A stretch of 64,000 nucleotides of DNA from Octopus sinensis (Eukaryota). The DNA is taken from contig NC_043000.1 in NCBI RefSeq assembly GCF_006345805.1, positions 113,212,001 through 113,276,000 of the forward strand. The letters run 5' to 3'. Under the pieces are notes generated by a model. It was not told the DNA's origin. It made no database searches and saw nothing but the letters and a program-made list of their open reading frames with translations. Shown here in pieces: positions 55,320 to 64,000 of the stretch. The position numbers and the translations under genes were made by a program. Each line of letters opens with the position of its first letter. The first letter of the stretch is position 1.

Positions 55320-55862
55320 ATACGAGCAAAACGCCCCCCGTCCAATGGACGGTGCTGAATCATATCTGCTGGATAAAAGCAATTAGAGTTAAAGTTTTTT
55401 CATTAAAAGATAATTAAGCATGCCTTTATTTCAATAAAATCTTTGGATTTATTAAACGAAGTTATAGCCAAAAAAACTTATTGGGAAACCAAATAGTCTT
55501 TCCTTCCTTCATGCCAAGTTTGAAGAAAATATCTTTTTTGCATCTTATTTTTTTGGTCTCTTAAATATACTGCATTTTGTGGCATTATTTCTAGCCTTTT
55601 GCGCAAACCGCACGTACATTTTTCTCGCGTACGCGTAATATCGATCGCAACAGCTGATGTACATGCGCGTACAAATGCACGTTCCCACGGTTTTATCGAT
55701 CGGAATCTCACAGCGAATTCATTTTTGTAACTTTTTCAAGACTTATACACGCCCTGATACCGTCGGTATGTACATATCAAATTTGAGCGCAATCGGATGG
55801 AGGATGCTCGAGAAGCTAGAAGATACACACACAGACAGACAGAACGGATTTTAAAAATTAGA
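55320..55862 (+). mobile_element. Non-autonomous Helitron/Helentron-like element
   Basis: Subterminal hairpin CCGTCC-AAT-GGACGG near one end and internal (C/T)CAA(A/G)TTTGA motifs. TACATATCAAATTTGAGCGCAATCGG is followed by an ACAG microsatellite near the other end. Inserted in TA-rich DNA. Confidence 0.5.
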
Positions 55863-55874
55863 TATATATTTATG

Positions 55875-55917
<43 letters not shown>

Positions 55918-55919
<2 letters not shown>

Positions 55920-56118
55920 TTACTACCCACAAGGGGCTAAACATAGAGGGGACAAATAAGAACAGACAAACAAGGACAGACAAGGGACTAAGTCGATTAC
56001 ATCGACCCCAGTGCGAAACTGGTACTTTATTCATCGACCCCGAATGGATGAAAGGCAAAGTCGACCTCGCCGGAATTTGAACTCAGAACGTAACGACAGA
56101 CGAAATACCGCTAGGCAC
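55918..56118 (-). mobile_element. SINE family B, 5'-truncated
   Basis: Reverse complement of the family B core and tail. Confidence 0.85.
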
Positions 56119-58646
56119 TTACATATATGCATGCATATTTACATACATAATGCATGTATACATACATTCATACGTACATACACACATTTTGTCTCAAGTC
56201 ATACACTTCAATTTAAATTTGTGGTATAATATAATATGCTGTTCATGCAGGGTTAGAAAAAAATCCCTTTTACTTTCCGTGGTTTACGAGCAAGCTTACA
56301 CATATGAATATCTGTGAAATTTCAAGTATATTTTCTTAGTTTTTGAAGGCTGCGATAAAATTTATCATTATTTGCGTTAGCACGAATTGAAATATATTGG
56401 AACAGGAAAAAAGATATCTCGGATAGTAGCTGAATAAATTTTCCAGTATATCCACAGAGCACATAGCGAAACGCAAACTCAAATTATAAAAACATAGAAT
56501 TATTGAAACGCACAAAGAAACGGGCTACGCTTATGTACATAGATTATACGTACGTACATACAAGCTTACGTGCATAATACATACATAAATACATGCACCA
56601 GCACACACACACATATTCACACACACACACAGGCTCACAAACTCACAAACCTATACACGCATCCAGTTCAATGTAATATATGTGTTAAGAGGGGAAAATG
56701 AAAAATGTTTTAAAAACAAGTGCTTAGATGAGATTATGTGAATCTTCAGTTTTTATTGTACAACCGTAAAATATATTCATATGAATAGTTCACTAAATAT
56801 CATCGACCATATCCCTGTTGTCTGTCTGTCTGTCTGTCTCTATGTGTAGACATAAGTGTGGTATATAAGTGTGTGTATATGTGTGTGTGTGTGAATCTAT
56901 TTACTTTCCTGACAACCTAGACTCTCAGCATACATCTCTCTTTTTCAAAATGCTGCAGGAATTTTCGAACTGGAAAGAAAGCGGATGTGTTCCTCTAAAC
57001 CAGGCTTTTTCTCCATCTTGCATGATTATGTTTAAACAGACGGAACTGTAGATAATCCACCCGTTCAGCAACTTAGGGTACAATCAGGGTACAATCATCC
57101 CATCTGACGCCTAAAATTGCAATGTTGATGACAACAGACACGTTAATGCAAGCAGCGAATTCAAGAAATTTTGCAACAGATTCCGAAATTACAAAGCCAC
57201 TGAGAAACGATACGAAGATCTGTGTGTAGCTGAGGTTTTGGACTAACCACTGTCACATACGGTACTACATCCAGCTATAATTATCTTCGATACTTTTAGC
57301 GCTTCACGACCCTTGATTCCTCATTTCCTTCATTATCCACTATAATGATCTCAGTGCCAAGATTGAAATATTCGATGAGGAAGAAGTCAACAGCATCAGA
57401 TCCTGGTTGCTAAAACTGCAGGTGCGCGGTGGGTGAGGGCTACGGTTTCACGATGAAGAATCATTGATTGTCCCTGATTTTCACTTGGGCCGGACTCGTG
57501 CTGCTCATCGTGAAGGAGAATGTGTACAAGAAACCACTTAAAAAATAAACATGACTTTTGTAGCTCTGGCCGTATTCTACAATCTACTATAACTTTTATT
57601 AATGGAATCTGGTGACAAATTGTTCACCAGCCTTTCTCCGTTTTCGATAATGTAATTGTGACCCTGTTGGAATCTCGAAGAAAAAAATTGAGGATAAAAG
57701 ATAGAAGAATAAGAGAACATCACCGAAATCAGAATGGAATCTTCCTTAAAATCACTGCAACGAAGCCGTCGTGTTCTGTGTTCGACTCCATTGTAAATCT
57801 GCAGTCCATATGAACTGGTCGATTTGTGAATCTCCATTCGCGAAATTCAAATAACGATGACAATGAGAATTCAGTGAAGTCCTACGGACTCTGTCACAAT
57901 TATTGAAGAAAATCTAAATGGGTGGTTGTGCTATGTGATCAGTGATGTCAACAGTGGTCCCTCTTCTCTCTTTCTCTTACCTTTTCCCTCCTTCTCTCTC
58001 TCTTTCTCTTTCTCTCTCTTACTCTCTGTTGCAGTGGAGTTCGTGCCAGCGCAGGTACATTTACTATTGTTTGAAATTATAATAGAATGCATACCAGGAT
58101 GTATTCTAAAAGCAATTTTCCTTGATTGGTTACGTAATCTCACTTGAATGCAGATTTAGAACTCATTATATTACATAGAAACAAAGTCACTATATTATTT
58201 ATATTAAATTTCAGTCTCCAAACCTCCATCTTTTTTTTGAGAGCTTCTACTTCATTGATCTGCAAGAAATAGCAGCCAAGTCTCCCTTAAGATAAACACT
58301 ATCAGCTTTAAAAAATTTGAATGCTAAACTGATGGTCGCGGTTGGAACATTTTGAATCACAGATCTACCGCTTTAAGGTGGATCTGAATCTAAACAAAAA
58401 GAAAGAATCGGGAGGAGATAGGGAAGTTGAGATGAGAAAGAAAATGAACAACGATGACAACAACAACAACAAAAACAACAACACCATCAGCAGCTGTAAC
58501 AAGAAGTATTATTTCAAGAGGTTATTTATAATATTTCTCTCCGTATAGACATATATGAATTCATATCACAGATTTCACTAGGAAATTTTAAAATGTCATT
58601 ATGTGCACATCACCCTTCTACCTTCCTCTCTCATTCTCACCGAATA

Positions 58647-58705
<59 letters not shown>

Positions 58706-58758
58706 TTATGTTATATAATATTATATTATATATATAATATAATATATGTACTTATATG

Positions 58759-58835
<77 letters not shown>

Positions 58836-59444
58836 TGCATATATATATATTTATATGAATATATATTATATATATATATATATTATATATTATATCATAT
58901 ATATATACCTACGCATACATGCACACAAACATACACACATGTATATATGCACGTAAACATACGTACGTAATTTCGTCTCCGCAACCATATAGTGTCTTAT
59001 TTACTCCCAGCTCCACCCCAACTCACCCAATTTATTTACCCATCTACTACATAATCAACTCCCCAATTCCTACTACCACCCCACCCCCACTCACTCTCCT
59101 CTCAACCAAATCTGTCCACACATTGTTTTCAGCCAGACTATTATGCCAAAAGTACGTGCGATAATTTTTAAAGAATTCTTAACAGAATGTTCTTTTCACT
59201 TTGGAACGTAGAATTTATTGGTGGCGATAAAAATAAAAGATGGGAACAAAAGCAAGAAAAAGGTCACATACTCATTTAAAATTGATTATGGTGGGGATGA
59301 CCTTTCATTCGCAACTGTTTCCGACAACCAGCCATCATCATCATCGCCATGAACTTCATCACCATCATCCTTGTCTTCATATATATATATATATATATAT
59401 ATATGTCTGTGTGTGTATGTGCCTGCGTATCTCTCTCTCTCACT

Positions 59445-59504
<60 letters not shown>

Positions 59505-59800
59505 CATATGTGTGTAGATGCATGTATGTATATATACGTATATATACATATATATATTTTTTTTTATACGTATATGTATAATATATATAATATATATACA
59601 TATATATATATATGCATATATGTATGTATGTATATTATATAATATATATGATATATATATATAATATAATATATAATATATATATATATATATCTATATA
59701 TATATATATATTATATATATATATATTATAATATATATATATTATATATATATATGTATAGATAGATAGATAGATAGATAGATACATAGATAGATAGATT

Positions 59801-59900
<100 letters not shown>

Positions 59901-60192
59901 AGATATAGATATAGATATATGCGTATATCCGTGTAAACCTTGGTGCGCGTGTTTGAAATAGCATTGAATTACAATCTCTAACTTATGTATCATACGAAAT
60001 GTGTACACACTGTACCGTAAGAAGGCCTGATGCTGTGGAATTGTTTGAGATAAAATATCTCCCTAAGTGTACAAAAGTCTGAAAGGGCCATTCTTGTTGC
60101 AATTACTTGCAATAACGACAAATGTCTATCGCTATTTGTGAAGCTTGTTGATACCTATGAGCAGGTGACAACCAGGACCAAATTATATTATT

Positions 60193-60263
60193 TAGCCCAC
60201 GGGCATATGGCGTAGTGGTTAACCCCAAGATTCCGAGCACGATTCCAGGCAGGGACCTGAATG
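60193..60263 (+). mobile_element. ~70-bp tRNA-derived retroposed insert with a 15-bp target-site duplication
   Basis: CCAAATTATATTATT at 60178-60192 and 60264-60278; the insert contains TGGCGTAGTGG (A box) and GCACGATTCC (B-box-like). Confidence 0.6.
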
Positions 60264-61502
60264 CCAAATTATATTATTCGGTTTTAGCTTTGATATTAAT
60301 TTGTTTATAGTGTTTACATTTTCACCTATTTCCTTTTCTGATTTCCTAGAATATCGTTTACGTCTTATTTGAGAAAATCCTAAATCCGAAGCGTTAGATT
60401 TATTTATGTTCCTATCATAGGACTATATATACCAAAGAAAACGTTTAAAGGCTTTACCCTGCTTCCACCATCTCTCTCTCTGTATATATCTCTCTCTCTT
60501 TGTTCATCTTTCTCTGTCTCTATCTTTCTCTCTTTATATATCTGTCTGTTTGTTTATTAGTTATGTTATTTATATCTAAAGCTGATGGTGTAAATAAAAT
60601 AAGATATTGTTTTGAGAAATGGTACAATAGGAACTGAATTAGATTGTTTTCGAAAACGATGCTTTAGAAAAGATGGTTTTCTATTATGTCTATGATTGTT
60701 ATTAAATGCAATTGCAATGTCTGCATATTCGACAGCTACTTTTAGCAGGTTTATGAACGATGTGCACGAAAATTTTCACTTAGGATCTCTGATGTGAGCA
60801 ATGTTTTGGAATGAAAAGCGACTAAAACTTAAAATTATTAATTGAATTTAATAGGTAAATATCGATCCTAATTAATACTGTACTTCGTGCATACAAAATA
60901 TGTAGTAATTATATCCGTACTTGTATGTCATACACCGAAACGTAAGCCATAAATATAATTAAGGGATTATTTTATTCTAAATCGCTGCGAAATTTCTTTA
61001 TGTGTATAATGCGATTAAATTTGAAGGGAGAAGATAAGTATAAGAAAATCCTAAGAAACCAACATCTGCTTTTAACAAGAGTTGATTTCTCTATACGTAA
61101 AAAGCTAGCAGAAATCGCCTATAGTTGTGCTTTCGCGTTGAGAGAAAAATTGGACCTCTACACTGACTCCAAATTATTTTATATGTATATATATATATAT
61201 ATGATACAGAAAAAATTTATTCTCAAGCGCATGATAATGCTAATACAACCACATGAACAGGATAAACTATGGATTTATTGCAGAGAAATTCGTTACCGAC
61301 CAGCTATGAGAATCCAACTCACATCCCCGTGATTACGCGTCAATTGCTTTACCTTTAAGCTAAACTGCCCAGTAACGACTTGTTCTGCAATTTTAGGATT
61401 TATAACCTAAGCTTTATAAGACGCTAACGTTAAATTCAACTTATGGTTAAAGTAAATAAATTTTGCTTTAGAAGCGTTGAGATGTGTATATATATATATA
61501 TA

Positions 61503-61660
61503 GTGAGAATTTCAAAAAAAGAAACAAAAGATGAAGGCGGATGTGTAAACAACAAACAGATGTTTATTTTTTAATGCTCAGGAAGTGAATAAGTATTTTA
61601 CGTTTCGAGCCTACATTCTTCAACAGAAAGGAACAGAGAAATAAACAGAGACAATGTTTA
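61503..61660 (-). mobile_element. Penelope-type terminal fragment with a variant minimal hammerhead motif (61596-61630)
   Basis: Minus strand reads UUU-CUGUUGA-A-GAAU(guag)GCUC-GAAA-CG-UA-AAAU. Same family as 44880-45058, and ends at (TA)n. Confidence 0.55.
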
Positions 61661-61663
61661 TAT

Positions 61664-61722
61664 AAAGGCGACTCTCCAGCATGGTCGCAGTCAAATGACT
61701 GAAACAAGTTAGAGTAAAAGAA
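61664..61722 (+). mobile_element. SINE family A 3' tail fragment
   Basis: AAAGGCG...CTCCAGCATGGTCGCAGTCAAATGACTGAAACAAGT. Confidence 0.75.
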
Positions 61723-62870
61723 TGAATGTGTTGTGTGTTTTGGGTATATATGTACACATTATGTGAGCGGTTTGTATGTAAATATATTATATATATATAT
61801 ATATATATAAATATTATATATACACTATACATATATATATATATACATATAACATATACATACATACACATACATTCCATTACATATATATATATGTATA
61901 TTATTATATATATATATATATATAATTATATATATACATATATATATATTATATATATATATATACGTATAAGCCTGATTTATATATGCATATAATTGTA
62001 GAATGGAAACTACCGGCAATAGTTTGGGTTTAGGAAATCGGTGAATTTCTTTGATCTAATAAAGAACAATATTTGTTATTCTTCAGAAAAAAATAATCTG
62101 TATCCTTCTGCTATAAACTTCTGCTATAAACTTCTCAAATTGAAGCGATATCTGTGCATAGAATACGAAACTAGGACTAATTTACCAATGACGATGTTTT
62201 CCTTCCCATTCACCCTCATGGGACATAAGAAAATCTATAAGCTAAGGGTGACACATGAAATTTGTCTTGTCCAATTGTAATTCTTTACAAACAGAGTGTT
62301 TTCTCATTCGATATATATATAATATGGAATCCTCTATTTTAACTGTTAATTTACACGGAAAATGTTATTTTCGATCTGCTGCCTCTTGTAATAAAGGTAT
62401 ATTTATGTTGTTTATATCGCGTCTTAAACCTTAGAATTTATATATATACAGGGTTTTTTAAATATTTGAATCACCGTTCATTCGTATCTATACATGATAC
62501 TGGATGGAACTAGCTAAATAATAACGTCGCTATTGAGTAACACTACCTTACGACAACGGATGTGTGTGTGTATGGAGAAATGAAAAGATGATGACGGTGT
62601 AATGTGTCGTAATGTCGAATATATTTATTCCAGAAATTACATATGTAGAATCAATTATAAGGCAGCATTGAGCTCATAGCAAACACGTATCCCTTTTATA
62701 TCACCCGTAATTCCATTTAGCCATTTCATTTATTCAGTTCCTACCTCATTTTTAATTCTAATGCCTCTTACATGTTTTTTTTTTCGTATATGAACAGTTC
62801 TTCAATTCCAGTCCACATACAAACACACACATACACCCATAAAATATATACTTTAATATAATATGATATA

Positions 62871-62973
<103 letters not shown>

Positions 62974-63956
62974 CACGCACACACAATGTACTAACGCATA
63001 CAATTTATGAAAGGAAATGTGGACGGTTTTCTAACGCAGCTTTGGTCGCGTGTTTTCTTTATTTTTCATAGGAAGTAGGCACAAATAAAATACGTTGTAT
63101 TCCAACTATTAAACCCCTTCTTCAACATTAAATATTTTATAGATGGCGGCTTTATTCATAATTCTCCGTACAGGAGGAGATGCGGAAATCTTTCAGCTTG
63201 CTGGTAACACACATCGTCAACAACAGCAAAATTCTTCTCTATATCATCTCAAATATTTCCTACCTATTCAGACATCCATAACATTATTTCAAATTATTTC
63301 GCTCTAACGTTTCCCAATTTATTGTAAATATTGTATATATAAATATCTGTCTACCTTTTCTGCTAATTGCCTCTATAAACTTTTTTTTTTCTATTTTGAT
63401 ATATTACTTAACACTCTCGCACTCGTATCAACCCAGGAGGCTGTCCTTGAATACAGTTCTAGTTGCTTGTTTTGTGTAATATATTTCGTTTCCTTCAGTT
63501 AGTAGTCATTATCAACAACATTCAGAAACTTTTATTGTCACATTCGCTGTAAGGGTTATTTTTATTCATTCTTACTAAAGGCATATGGCATTTAATTGAT
63601 TTCTTTTTTTACTTCATTCAAAGTTTTCATAAATAAATGTTCAGTCAGTAACATTCTCATAGCAAATCACATATGTGTCTATCTATTTATCTATGTGCCT
63701 ATGTCTCTGTTTATGGGTGTATGCACACGTAAACCTGTGTATGTGTTTCTGTGTGAGGTGAGGAGAAATGCGTGATATCGTCTGTTGAAGATGATGTATT
63801 TCAATGCGGGTAGGCAAATATCTCTATGGTGTATATGTTATGCATCTATGCGGAAGTCTATCCACCTATTCAGCGATCTATTTATCTCTCTATCTATCAC
63901 TCTCTCTCTCCTTATCTCTGTATATATATATATATATTATATATTATATATGTAAT

Positions 63957-63998
<42 letters not shown>

Positions 63999-64000
63999 AT

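Noticed and set aside
57060-57900. Complex non-microsatellite block, possibly an old transposable element or exon
   Set aside because: No motif could be recognised by eye; a database search would be needed.

Overview
Gene-poor, AT-rich eukaryotic (animal) DNA dominated by microsatellites ((TA)n, (CA)n, (TATG)n, (TTA)n, (TCTA)n and compound trinucleotide runs) and dispersed repeats. The SINE repertoire looks like an octopod cephalopod genome (inference). No host protein-coding exon could be supported, and nearly all ORFs in the track are microsatellite artefacts. Recognisable content: several tRNA-derived SINE families; decayed LINE fragments (RTE, Tx1/L1, HERO/NeSL-like, many R4/Dong-type RLE fragments); Penelope-like element (PLE) remnants; a TIR element; a Helitron-like element; and a 100-N gap. 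The top finding is a non-coding, hairpin-rich ~472-bp monomer carrying a type I hammerhead ribozyme, arranged as tandem copies in two head-to-head arms inside (TA)n (20288-21781), which resembles a retrozyme or non-autonomous PLE. Two further hammerhead-like motif families occur elsewhere. An R4/Dong-like lineage appears to insert into (CATA)n rather than (TAA)n. All coordinates were read by eye and boundaries are approximate.
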